Positions 20,056 to 29,335 of a stretch of 64,000 nucleotides of DNA are shown here, in pieces (position 1 is the first letter of the stretch; every line of letters begins with the position of its first letter). The notes under the pieces are model-generated. The model saw nothing but the letters and a program-made list of their open reading frames with translations. It was not told where the DNA came from and did no database searches. Both the position numbers and the translations under genes were made by a program. Source of the stretch: Bacillota bacterium (GTDB lineage: Bacteria > Bacillota > Limnochordia > Darwinibacteriales > DTU012); NCBI GenBank assembly GCA_012840925.1, contig DUVS01000045.1:23716-87715 (forward strand). Direction: 5' to 3'.

Positions 20056-20610
20056 ATGAAAATTGGGGTAATCAGTGATACTCATGGGAGTTTAACTATA
20101 TGGAACAGAGCCTTGCAGGGGCCGCTGCGCGATGTGGATCTATTGATCCACGCTGGAGATGTGCTTTATCATGGGCCGCGCAACCCGTTGCCCGAAGGAT
20201 ATGAACCTGCCAGTCTGGCAGATGCAATCAACAACTGCCCGATTCCAACGCTGATTGCCAAGGGTAACTGTGACAGTGAAGTCGATCAGATGATGCTGGA
20301 CATACCTTTGCAGGCCCCTTTTTTGATTACCGATCAACCCCTGGGCCGCATTCTGGTGACCCACGGCCATCATTATAGTCTCGATCAGGCTGTTGAATTA
20401 GGCAAACGCTTCCAAGTCGATATCTGGATCAGTGGACATACTCATATTCCGATGCTGGAACGGCAAGGTAAGCAGGTCTTCCTCAATCCCGGCAGCTGTG
20501 CTCTGTCGAAAGGGGATCAACCCATTAGCGGAGTGGCGGTAATCTCAGCGGAAAGCATTGACTTGATCGATCTTGGTACAGGTAAACCGTATTCAAGTTT
20601 GTCGAGATAA
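20056..20610 (+). CDS. YfcE-like metallophosphoesterase
   Basis: MKIGVISDTHGS...GDVLYHG...VTHGHH calcineurin-like motifs. RBS GGAAGGAG. The longer ORF from 19903 overlaps GH95 and was rejected. Confidence 0.8.
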   Translation: MKIGVISDTHGSLTIWNRALQGPLRDVDLLIHAGDVLYHGPRNPLPEGYEPASLADAINNCPIPTLIAKGNCDSEVDQMMLDIPLQAPFLITDQPLGRILVTHGHHYSLDQAVELGKRFQVDIWISGHTHIPMLERQGKQVFLNPGSCALSKGDQPISGVAVISAESIDLIDLGTGKPYSSLSR

Positions 20611-20614
20611 AAAA

Positions 20615-20688
20615 TGGAGCCCCTGGTAGGAATCAAACCTACGCTTGTTGCTTACGAGGCAACTGTTCTATCACTGAACTACAGGGGC
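20615..20688 (-). tRNA. tRNA-Thr (anticodon CGT), 74 nt including CCA
   Basis: Manual fold of the reverse complement: acceptor GCCCCTG/CAGGGGC, D-stem GTTC/GAAC, anticodon stem GTTGC/GCAAC with loop CTCGTAA, T-stem GTAGG/CCTAC, 3' CCA. D-loop AGTGATA and T-loop TTTGATT are non-canonical (A19 and U56). Confidence 0.7.
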
Positions 20689-20922
20689 TTTGCTTAAGTC
20701 ATTTGCTGAACATATTTTACAACAGCACAGTTTGCCCTGTCAAGCAAGGACTTTTTGGATTAGGAAGGTGGTCAGGTCTTTGACCACCTTCAGATATTGA
20801 TCAGAGAATCAGTCATAATGTCGAGCCGGGGAGGGGGAGGAATATCAATCGATTAGTCAAAAGATCTGAAGTGGGTGCATATAACTCTAAAAAAGATCGA
20901 AATCATGTTGAGGAGGGGCAAT

Positions 20923-21660
20923 ATGAGTACTTTGGATTGGATCGGTGTAGGCATGTTTTTTTTATACTTCATAACCGGTGCCGGTTCGATTGCCCTGATC
21001 AGCTTGTTGATGAAGGTACCGAAAGAGATCATGCGCAAGGCTTATCATTTGATGGCCTGTGGTTCGGTTTTTGTCTTGTTAGCCTATTTTGATCATTGGT
21101 ATGGCGCCCTTGCGGCCATCGGCCTGTTTTTTCTGGCGGTTTTTGTGGTAGTTCCCCTGGGTATGCGCCTGCCTCTGCGGAAAATTTCGATCCAAAGAGG
21201 GGGTACTATTGGTGAAATCCTGTATCAGGCAGGGTTGTTTGGCTTGGGGTTAGCTGTGCTGATTAGCCTGATTTGGGGCCTTATGGGTGAAGAATACAAA
21301 ATTCATATTGCGGTGGGAATTACGGCACTAGGCCTTGGTGATGCCTCCGCTGCTTTAATTGGCAAGTACTTTGGCAAGACCAAGCTGCGGCTGAAGCTGT
21401 TCGACCGCAGAAAAACCATTGAAGGCAGCCTGGCCATGGTAGGATTTGCTTTTATCGGGATTTTTCTGCTCCTATTGTTGTTTACCGATATTCCTGTTGG
21501 GCTGACCTTTGTTTCCGCCGTTGTGTTGGCTCTCTTAAGCGCGTTTTTGGAAGCCGTTGCCGTGCATGGGCTTGATACTATTATCATTCCTTTGGTAATT
21601 GCTTTTTCGTCACTGGGGTTGTTCGTGGTTAACCTGAATGTGGTGCAGTTCTATTTATGA
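20923..21660 (+). CDS. integral membrane CTP-dependent polyprenol/dolichol-kinase-like protein (CdsA/DGK superfamily)
   Basis: Multi-TM protein with GDASAALIGKYFGKTKL...RKTIEGSLAM, the kinase/cytidylyltransferase C-terminal signature. ATG 20923 has RBS GAGGAGGGG. Confidence 0.55.
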   Translation: MSTLDWIGVGMFFLYFITGAGSIALISLLMKVPKEIMRKAYHLMACGSVFVLLAYFDHWYGALAAIGLFFLAVFVVVPLGMRLPLRKISIQRGGTIGEILYQAGLFGLGLAVLISLIWGLMGEEYKIHIAVGITALGLGDASAALIGKYFGKTKLRLKLFDRRKTIEGSLAMVGFAFIGIFLLLLLFTDIPVGLTFVSAVVLALLSAFLEAVAVHGLDTIIIPLVIAFSSLGLFVVNLNVVQFYL

Positions 21661-21776
21661 TGGCAGGCAAATGCTCAAATAGCCTTTCATGAAGGTGCCT
21701 GATTAACATATGTAGAAGTAGATTCAAGTTTAGGTAGTGGGCTGGTCAATATGGAAATGAGATGGAGGAATAGCTA

Positions 21777-23099
21777 ATGAAACCATGGGATTTTGGACAG
21801 CTTCAAGTTTCGGAGAATAAGCGATATCTGATGAATGGAGCAAAACCCTTTTTCTGGTTGGGGGACACAGCCTGGCTATTATTTGAAAAGCTGTCGGAAA
21901 CTGACATTCGGGCTTATCTGCAAAACCGCAAACATAAGCATTTCAATGTGATTCAAGCTACATTGGTCCACAGTTCTCCAGCAGCTTCCGGCTGTGATAT
22001 ATTAGTTGATGGTGATTTTGCCAAGCCTAATGTAAACGGAAAATACTGGGCTACCGTCGATCAGGCTGTGGCAACAGCTGAGGAACTAGGTATCTATATG
22101 GCCTTGCTGCCGTCGTGGGGTTCATGGGCAAAACGTGGATTGCTTAATCTGGATAATGTGGAAGCCTACGGCTTGTTTTTAGCTGAGCGGTATGGGAAGT
22201 GCAAGAATGTGATTTGGCTGTTAGGCGGCGATATTCGCGGTGATGCGGCTTATGATGTATACATGAAATTAGGCGAGCTGTTCAAGGATAAATGCCCGAA
22301 CCAATTGGTTGGTTTTCATCCTTTTGGCCGAACTTCTTCATCCCTCTGGTTCAGTGATGCCCCATGGCTTGATTTTCATATGTTTCAGTCGGGTCATCGC
22401 CGGTATGACCAAAGCTCTCTGGGAGCCTGGGATGACAATAAGGCAGCTGAAGGGTTTTATGGGGAAGATAACTGGCGTTACGTTTTGCGGGATCATGCAG
22501 CATCCCCATTAAGGCCAACACTGGACGGTGAACCTTCATATGAGCAGATCCCTCAAGGATTGCATGATCCGTCTCAGCCATACTGGCAGGATCATGATGT
22601 GAGACGCTATGCCTATTGGTCAGTTTTTGCCGGAGCCTGCGGCCATACTTACGGCCACAATGCAGTAATGCAGTTTCACCGAGAAGGAGATTCAGGCGGG
22701 GCTTATGGAGTAAAATCATTCTGGCACCAAGCAGTTCACGATCCAGGCAGTGGCCAGATGGGCCATCTGTACCAGCTGATGACAGCAGTGGATTTTACCA
22801 GCGGCCGTCCTGATGATGATCTGTTAGCCGATGGGCAGCAGTCTCAGTACAAGCGGATCGCTGCCTTTGCCGGTAGTGGATTTGCTTACCTCTACACCTA
22901 CCAGGGCACACCTTTTCGTGTAAACTTGGATCTGCTGGGCGATAGTATCGGTACCACTGTCAGTGCCTTTTGGTTTGATCCAGCAAGCGGTGTTTACAGC
23001 TATCTGAATGATTTTCACTGCCAAGGAATCCAGGAATTCCAGCCACCTGCGAAGCCAGTTGGGCACAATGATTGGGTTTTGGTTTTGCGGAAGCCTTAA
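21777..23099 (+). CDS. DUF4038/GH140-like putative glycoside hydrolase
   Basis: GAKPFFWLGDTAWLLF N-terminal block is characteristic of the DUF4038 (GH140/GH5-like) family. 440 aa, no signal peptide. Confidence 0.55.
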   Translation: MKPWDFGQLQVSENKRYLMNGAKPFFWLGDTAWLLFEKLSETDIRAYLQNRKHKHFNVIQATLVHSSPAASGCDILVDGDFAKPNVNGKYWATVDQAVATAEELGIYMALLPSWGSWAKRGLLNLDNVEAYGLFLAERYGKCKNVIWLLGGDIRGDAAYDVYMKLGELFKDKCPNQLVGFHPFGRTSSSLWFSDAPWLDFHMFQSGHRRYDQSSLGAWDDNKAAEGFYGEDNWRYVLRDHAASPLRPTLDGEPSYEQIPQGLHDPSQPYWQDHDVRRYAYWSVFAGACGHTYGHNAVMQFHREGDSGGAYGVKSFWHQAVHDPGSGQMGHLYQLMTAVDFTSGRPDDDLLADGQQSQYKRIAAFAGSGFAYLYTYQGTPFRVNLDLLGDSIGTTVSAFWFDPASGVYSYLNDFHCQGIQEFQPPAKPVGHNDWVLVLRKP

Positions 23100-23112
23100 T
23101 TAGGGAGGATAA

Positions 23113-24408
23113 GTGGTGAGCAGCCTGGCGAAGTACAGCGCACTACTGCGTTCATTTTTTGAGAATAACGCAAAAACAATCCTGAAACAGCCTAATTCAT
23201 GCCTAAAATACCCCTTTGTTGATCCTGGTTCGATTTACGATGGCAATCTCTGGGACTGGGATTCGTTTTGGGCTGTTTATGCTTTGTTTTCACTTGTGAA
23301 TACCAATGGTGATCAGCAGCTTAAGGGTCAGATAATCGAGCATGCCAAGGGCAATATCCATAACTTCTTTGATCATCAGTTAGCAGACGGCTATATTCCA
23401 ATGATGATCGAGGAATCGGATCTGCCGGAGCCTTACTTGATCATGAAGCATAAAGAAGGGGCCATTCTCAATATGATGAAACCTTTTTTATGCCATCAGA
23501 TTGCCTTGATTAGTGGTTTCTGTAATGATTTTGATTGGTACCGCGGTTATGTAGGCAACATGGAACGCTATTTTTCCTGTTATGACCACTACTACTATCC
23601 TGACAACTGTGGGTTGTATGTGTGGGCTGACGATGTGATGATTGGCATGGACAACGATCCGGCCACATTTGGACGTCCGCGGTTTTCCACAGCCAACATG
23701 TTTTTAAACAGCTTTTTGGTCAGTGAGTTCCAGGCCATGGCCTATCTGATGCACAGAATTGGACTCGACGCCCGGGCGAGTTTCTATCTGGCTAAGGCCC
23801 GAAAGCTGACCTATAGTATTCAGACCGAGTGCTGGGATGCCCGGGACAAGTTCTTCTATTCAGTCGATGTTGACGTCAAGACCAGGCCGTACGATTGGTT
23901 CCACGTAGGCCTGGGTGTGTTCTGGAAGTCACTGCCGATCAAAATCCGGACATGGACAGGATTCATTCCCTTGTGGGCTCGTTTTGCCACCGAAGAACAG
24001 GCAAGGTCCATTGTGGAGCATATCAGGGATGAACAAACCTTCAACAGCCCTTATGGGATTCGCTCTTTATCAAAGGATGAAAAAATGTATAATCTCTCGG
24101 CTACCAACAATCCATCAAATTGGCTGGGTCCAATCTGGATCATAGTCAACTATGTGGTTTTCCGCGGGCTGTTAAACTACGGCTATGTTGAAGATGCCCG
24201 CCAGCTTTACGAGAAGACCGTTATGTTGTTAGGTTCTGATTTGGAACAAAGCAGCACTCTGCATGAGTATTATGTTCCTGAAACCGGCAGCCCGGTAATG
24301 AACAGCGGATTCATCAACTGGAACATGTTGGTATTGAATATGGAAGATGAGCTGGCCGGCAGAAAATCCATGGACGATTACATCCACATTACAAAGCCAG
24401 GATCCTAA
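23113..24408 (+). CDS. (alpha/alpha)6-barrel glycosidase-like protein (GH63/GH37/MGH1-like)
   Basis: YDGNLWDWDSFW, GPIWIIVNY and EYYVPETGSPVMNSGFINWN blocks resemble six-hairpin glucosidase/trehalase-type enzymes. Confidence 0.5.
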   Translation: MVSSLAKYSALLRSFFENNAKTILKQPNSCLKYPFVDPGSIYDGNLWDWDSFWAVYALFSLVNTNGDQQLKGQIIEHAKGNIHNFFDHQLADGYIPMMIEESDLPEPYLIMKHKEGAILNMMKPFLCHQIALISGFCNDFDWYRGYVGNMERYFSCYDHYYYPDNCGLYVWADDVMIGMDNDPATFGRPRFSTANMFLNSFLVSEFQAMAYLMHRIGLDARASFYLAKARKLTYSIQTECWDARDKFFYSVDVDVKTRPYDWFHVGLGVFWKSLPIKIRTWTGFIPLWARFATEEQARSIVEHIRDEQTFNSPYGIRSLSKDEKMYNLSATNNPSNWLGPIWIIVNYVVFRGLLNYGYVEDARQLYEKTVMLLGSDLEQSSTLHEYYVPETGSPVMNSGFINWNMLVLNMEDELAGRKSMDDYIHITKPGS

Positions 24409-24430
24409 TTCCCGCCTGGCAGCTGCCAGT

Positions 24431-25600
24431 TTATGGCATCTGCCAGGAACCTTTGAGTACAGCCCGGGAGTGGTATCCGGCATTATCTTCTTGGTGTCGG
24501 TCGTTGACTACATAACCGAGTTCCAAATCAAATGATAAGTGTAGTTTTGTAAAAGGTTTGTCGAAACCTAGCTTGATACCGTAGGTTTTTTCCGGTGTGA
24601 CCGGGGGAACTTGTCCAATCCAAGGGGCAACATCCGTGTTGCCCAGTTTTTGATAAAACACTCCGATTCTCGCTTCCGCATCAAATTTTGGCAGATGCTT
24701 GGAGAACCGGACATCACCTGCGGTTAAATCATCGCCAAGGACATGCCCCAGGGATTGATTGCCATAGGCAAAGATGTTCTGCGGCAGTCCGTTAGAGTAG
24801 GCCTGATCGCTGACATGGCACAACTCCACGAGCAAGTCCCATCCTGCGATCAATGTTTCCGATTCAAGCCCGAGGGTAATGGCATAAAGCTTAGGATTTG
24901 TCTCGGTAGGCGCCATGGGAAACTCATTGACCAGAAGCTCTCCATAAAGCTTTAAACGGGGCAGCTGTAATGTGCCGTCGCCGTAAAAGATGGCATTGTC
25001 TATGGAAGTGGCGATTCCAGGGAAATATTTGGCCAAATAGTATGGCAGAACCGGCAGTGAGTAATAGTACAAATCACCGGGAAAAGGCTGGGAGGCTACA
25101 ATCGCTTCTCCAAAGCCCAGGGTCAAATAAGGGACGGGCTGCCAGCGGATATGGTGAACTCCCAATCTCTTGTATCCGGCTTTACGGCTGAGATCTGCGT
25201 AAAGCTTGGTATAGGTCACAGAATCATAGTCAAAGGTATAACCAAGGTGGGGTAAGGCCGGGCTTGTATCCGGCATGAAGATATGATGGATCTGGGTGTC
25301 GCTAGCGCGGTCAAACTGCGGTGCCATGGCACCACCAAACACGCGGATGAAATGATTGTGATAGCTCAAGCCCAACTGCCTGACGGCAAAGGTCTGGTCG
25401 GCATTGCTTCCCATCTGCCCGGTTGTGCTGACACCCAGTTTTAAAGAGAAATTTTGGCTTAAGTCTGTCTTGACCCCAGCAATAAACTCATTAACTCCGT
25501 TTTGCATATCCCATGTCATATCGACCTTGGTTCCAGCCATTGCGGGCAGGGACAGACACAGGACTATTGTTAAGACTGAGAGAATTGTTCTGCGTAGCAT
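24431..25600 (-). CDS. secreted beta-strand-rich protein of unknown function (possible outer-membrane beta-barrel/porin-like)
   Basis: 389 aa. Signal peptide MLRRTILSVLTIVLCLSLPAMA. RBS AGGAGG before the ATG at 25600. Alternating hydrophobic patterns such as LHLSFDLELGYVVN. Only minus-strand gene in this stretch. Confidence 0.7.
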   Translation of the reverse strand: MLRRTILSVLTIVLCLSLPAMAGTKVDMTWDMQNGVNEFIAGVKTDLSQNFSLKLGVSTTGQMGSNADQTFAVRQLGLSYHNHFIRVFGGAMAPQFDRASDTQIHHIFMPDTSPALPHLGYTFDYDSVTYTKLYADLSRKAGYKRLGVHHIRWQPVPYLTLGFGEAIVASQPFPGDLYYYSLPVLPYYLAKYFPGIATSIDNAIFYGDGTLQLPRLKLYGELLVNEFPMAPTETNPKLYAITLGLESETLIAGWDLLVELCHVSDQAYSNGLPQNIFAYGNQSLGHVLGDDLTAGDVRFSKHLPKFDAEARIGVFYQKLGNTDVAPWIGQVPPVTPEKTYGIKLGFDKPFTKLHLSFDLELGYVVNDRHQEDNAGYHSRAVLKGSWQMP

Positions 25601-25987
25601 CGTTGAAGCCTCCTAGTGCGCTATTGCTGTCGTATTGCGCTCATGGTATAAGCACCTACGTGAAGGTTTTCTACATCGTCTTTGCGGTTTCCTTGATAAA
25701 TGGTAAAGCAATTCGAGGAAAAGTACTGGTGTTCAGAGGAAAGCCGAGGTGCCGCAATTTGATCGGGTAATAGGGGAATCAAGCCAGTTTGTGGCACCGG
25801 TTGCAGGCCTGGGGTGAGATTGCCTAAACCTCTTGCAAAATGGAGCCAGGCACAATACAATTAAAAAGGCAGTAATTTATGACTGAAATTGAATTATAGC
25901 TATTTCCGAGTGAATGGTTTAACAGCGGCTCAATTGCAGCAACTCAATATGGAAGCGAATACTATATGAGAAGATGGAGCGATTGCA

Positions 25988-27670
25988 ATGAGTGATTACT
26001 TACAAAAGTACAATCAGTGGCTTAGTGCGCCCTATATTGACAGTCAAACCAAAGCCGAACTGGCTGTTGCCAATGAACTTGCCGATATAGAAGACCGGTT
26101 TTACAAGGATCTGGAGTTTGGCACCGGCGGTCTAAGGGGCATCATGGGAGCTGGCACCAACCGGGTTAACAAATATACTATCCGTAAAGCCTCTTATGGT
26201 TTGGCCAAATACATATTGGCCAACTTTGGTGATGAAGGCAAAGTTAAAGGCATTGTCATTGCCTATGATTCAAGGAATCACTCGCCTTTGTTTGCCAAAG
26301 AAGCAGCTCAGGTGTTCTGTGCAGCAGGCATCAAGACGTTTTTATTTGACGAGATTCAGCCCACTCCGATGTTGTCCTTTGCGGTACGCTACCTTAGGTG
26401 CATCGCTGGAGTAGTGGTCACGGCCAGCCACAATCCTAAGGAATACAACGGCTATAAAGTTTATAATCAGCATGGATGCCAGCTTGTTCCCAGAGAAGCA
26501 GATCAGGTAATCGAATTTGTCAAACAAGTCAAAGACATAGCTGCCATTCCGGTTTTGGATGAAGATGCCGCCAGGGAAAAGGGCTTGTTGGCCAGTGTCG
26601 GGGAAGAAGTCCTCAAAGCATACCTGGAGGCTGTTTATGCCCAATCGCTGTGCCCTGACGCTGAAGCTAAGGCTGAACTGAGAATCGTATTTACACCACT
26701 GCACGGGACCGGCTTTGTGCCGGTAAGCTCAATTTTGGCCCGGGATGGATTTACAAACGTACTTGTTGTTAAAGAACAACAAGAGCCTGACGGTGATTTT
26801 CCCACAGTGCATTCACCCAATCCGGAAGAAAAAGCAGCTTTGGCGTTGGGTATTGCCAAAGCTGAAACCGTTGGGGCAGATGTCGTTCTGGGCACTGATC
26901 CCGATTGTGACCGAGTTGGTGTGGCTGTAAAGCATGAACAGAAGTACATCCACTTGACAGGCAATCAAGTAGGGGCGCTGTTGGTAAAGTATGTCCTGGA
27001 ACAGAGCCGGCAGAAACTTTCACCGAAGTCCACACTGATCAAGACCATCGTTACCAATGATCTGGGTGCCCAAATTGCTCTCGATTACGGATTACATGTA
27101 GTGGATACCTTGACTGGTTTCAAATATATAGGGGATAAAATAACCGAATTTGAGCAGACCGGAGCTAATGAGTTTGTGATCGGCTATGAGGAGAGCTATG
27201 GATATTTGGTTGGCACGCATGTGCGGGATAAAGATGCAGTTGTGTCATCGATGTTAATCTGTGAAATGGCCGCTTTTCACCGCAAGCGGGGAAAGACACT
27301 GGTCGATGCTCTTAATGAGTTGTATCAGGAATATGGATTCTACTTAGATCATTTGGATTCGTTCGTGCTGAAAGGGATCAACGGCAGCACCCAGATTGCC
27401 AAGATCATGGCAACCTTGCGTGCAGAGGGTAAAAGACTATTGCCGGACGTTGCACAGGTAATTGATTACAGCAAAGGAGTTCACGATCTTCCCAAGTCAG
27501 ATGTATTGAAATTCATCCAGCAGGATGGTTCCTGGATAGCTATCAGACCGTCAGGGACTGAGCCGAAGCTCAAAGTCTATTACTCGATCAGGCAACCGCA
27601 GGAGAATTTGGCGAAGGAAAAGTTGACTTATATCCGCGGTATCATGGATGATACGATTACGGAATCCTAA
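25988..27670 (+). CDS. phosphoglucomutase/phosphomannomutase family protein (alpha-D-phosphohexomutase)
   Basis: Active-site TASHNPKEYNGYK, metal-binding DPDCDRVGV and GTGGLRG motifs. 560 aa. Confidence 0.9.
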   Translation: MSDYLQKYNQWLSAPYIDSQTKAELAVANELADIEDRFYKDLEFGTGGLRGIMGAGTNRVNKYTIRKASYGLAKYILANFGDEGKVKGIVIAYDSRNHSPLFAKEAAQVFCAAGIKTFLFDEIQPTPMLSFAVRYLRCIAGVVVTASHNPKEYNGYKVYNQHGCQLVPREADQVIEFVKQVKDIAAIPVLDEDAAREKGLLASVGEEVLKAYLEAVYAQSLCPDAEAKAELRIVFTPLHGTGFVPVSSILARDGFTNVLVVKEQQEPDGDFPTVHSPNPEEKAALALGIAKAETVGADVVLGTDPDCDRVGVAVKHEQKYIHLTGNQVGALLVKYVLEQSRQKLSPKSTLIKTIVTNDLGAQIALDYGLHVVDTLTGFKYIGDKITEFEQTGANEFVIGYEESYGYLVGTHVRDKDAVVSSMLICEMAAFHRKRGKTLVDALNELYQEYGFYLDHLDSFVLKGINGSTQIAKIMATLRAEGKRLLPDVAQVIDYSKGVHDLPKSDVLKFIQQDGSWIAIRPSGTEPKLKVYYSIRQPQENLAKEKLTYIRGIMDDTITES

Positions 27671-27716
27671 GCTGATTTTTGAGTAAATTGAAATAAAATT
27701 GTCATAGAACTTGCAG

Positions 27717-27757
27717 ACCAAGTTTGTACGCGTAATGCGTCAAGCTTGGTTTTTTTA
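27717..27757 (+). terminator. rho-independent terminator (imperfect hairpin CCAAGTTTGTACGCG...GCGTCAAGCTTGG followed by T7)
   Basis: Seen directly downstream of the phosphohexomutase gene. Confidence 0.6.
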
Positions 27758-27810
27758 TGTTTGGGAGGATTATAGAAGCGGAATACATGCAAACAGTTAA
27801 TGCAAATTCA

Positions 27811-27860
27811 CTGAAAACCCATTGCATGGATCTGAAAACGGACTGCAACAGATAGAAAAC
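27811..27860 (+). promoter_or_regulatory. three GAAAAC hexamers phased at exactly 21 bp (27813, 27834, 27855), embedded among TGCAA-type motifs, upstream of a TATAAA -10-like element (27885-27890)
   Basis: Direct repeats seen in sequence at -25 to -75 relative to the putative -10 of the locus B operon. Confidence 0.4.
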
Positions 27861-27947
27861 ATTTCATAGATTTGCAGGAATTTCTATAAACACAACGAAT
27901 ACTAGATCACAAGATACTTACACAGGTCAAGAAGTGGAGGCTGAAAA

Positions 27948-29288
27948 ATGAGCGGCAGCAATATTAGATTCGAAAGTTTGGAAGCAGACGTTATTGTGGT
28001 GGGAGCAGGGCCGTCTGGAGTTCCGGCAGCGCTGGCTGCTGCCCGCAATGGTGCGAAGGTGATCTTGTTGGAAGAGGATGCTGTGCCCGGGGGAGCCCCT
28101 GTGGACATGTATGTAGCCATGATTTGCGGAGGCCCGCGCCGGGGGATTTACAGCGAAATCATCAACTATCTTAATGAAAATCATACTCTCGATCGTCAGC
28201 CGATCATTCCATTCAATAACGGCGAAGATGGCTGCAACCATTGGTATCTGCCCTATGCGTATGCTGATGCGATCATGCATTTCATCAACCAGGAGCCTAA
28301 CATTACGTTGATTACAAATGCCAAGGTAGTTGGGCTGATCACCGCAAACGACGAAATCACCGGCGCTGAGAACAGCCTCACCACGGTTGCCGGCGTTTTG
28401 GTTGAGAATTCGCCGGGAACTCAGCCTTTAGAAATCCGGGCTAAGGTCACAATTGACGCAACTGGAACAGGCATCTTGGGTGAAATGGCAGGGTGCGATG
28501 TCCGTTATGGGGCAGACACAAAGGCAGACTTCGGCGAGGAGTTCGCCCCTGAAGAGAAAGACAACGTTGTAATGCCGTGCACATTGATGTACATCACCCA
28601 AAGGCTGCAGGCGGGGCCAATGCCTGATAAAGACGAACTAAAGCGCGGAGGGTTTGTCGAAGACAAACTGAATCGATGGGCTTCAGCTGCCTATGACCAG
28701 GCTTTGCAGAACAACAGAGGTATCTACCTGCATTGGGGAGCGACCGTTGCGTGTGAAGATACGCGGGATTCAATCGCATTGGGGAAAGCTTACTTGCAGG
28801 CATTGGAAATGATCAAGCATAATGCGCGAGTTTGGTACAACCACGGTTTTACAGTACATATAGCCCCCAAGATTGGTGTCCGGGAATGCCGCCGTGTGAT
28901 CGGTGATTACGTCCTGACCATCTACGATATGCTGGATGGCACGTATCACCACGATACTATTGCCCTGAGTTCATATGGTTTGGATACATGGGGTTCAACC
29001 AAAGTTGGTGATAAAGAGTTGAATAAACTGGTCAAGCCCTATGGCATACCTTACCGGGCCCTTATCCCTAAGAACACGGAAGGCCTGCTTATTGCTGGTA
29101 AATCCATTAGTGGGAGCAGATTTGTATGCAGTTCATACCGGGTTCAACCGATCGTGGCCCAAATCGGAGAGGCAGCTGGAGCCGCTGCGGCTTTGGCAGT
29201 CAAAGCCGGCCAGGGGCTTCGCAGTGTGAATATCACCAAGCTGCAGAGTATCTTGAACATAGACGAATCCCAGTTACCGAGGAAGTGA
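27948..29288 (+). CDS. FAD-dependent oxidoreductase (FAD_oxidored/pfam12831-like)
   Basis: DVIVVGAGPSGVPAALAAARNGAKVILLEE dinucleotide-binding motif. 446 aa. Paralogous to the C-terminal half of 45215..48709. Confidence 0.8.
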   Translation: MSGSNIRFESLEADVIVVGAGPSGVPAALAAARNGAKVILLEEDAVPGGAPVDMYVAMICGGPRRGIYSEIINYLNENHTLDRQPIIPFNNGEDGCNHWYLPYAYADAIMHFINQEPNITLITNAKVVGLITANDEITGAENSLTTVAGVLVENSPGTQPLEIRAKVTIDATGTGILGEMAGCDVRYGADTKADFGEEFAPEEKDNVVMPCTLMYITQRLQAGPMPDKDELKRGGFVEDKLNRWASAAYDQALQNNRGIYLHWGATVACEDTRDSIALGKAYLQALEMIKHNARVWYNHGFTVHIAPKIGVRECRRVIGDYVLTIYDMLDGTYHHDTIALSSYGLDTWGSTKVGDKELNKLVKPYGIPYRALIPKNTEGLLIAGKSISGSRFVCSSYRVQPIVAQIGEAAGAAAALAVKAGQGLRSVNITKLQSILNIDESQLPRK

Positions 29289-29335
29289 CCACGCAGCAAT
29301 TCTGTTTGTTGGTTGATTAGGAAGGACGAGCGTCT

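Noticed and set aside
20764-20791. Perfect 11-bp hairpin GAAGGTGGTCA-ggtcttt-TGACCACCTTC between the tRNA and the membrane-protein gene
   Set aside because: No U-tract on either strand, so not a convincing intrinsic terminator. Kept only as an unexplained palindrome.
20611-20922. Possible integrative element at the tRNA-Thr 3' end
   Set aside because: No integrase, excisionase, direct repeat of the tRNA 3' end or compositional break was seen in the flanks. The neighbouring genes are ordinary housekeeping or sugar genes.
24415-24447. Inverted repeat CCTGGCAG...CTGCCAGG (with internal GGCAGCTGCC palindrome) between the convergent genes
   Set aside because: Could be a bidirectional terminator. 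However, it overlaps the last codons of the minus-strand gene and lacks U-tracts. Confidence too low to call.
25621-25860. 79-aa minus-strand and 85-aa plus-strand ORFs (25513..25770) in the 387-bp intergenic region
   Set aside because: No RBS, and the two ORFs overlap each other. Low-complexity translation. More likely non-coding regulatory DNA.
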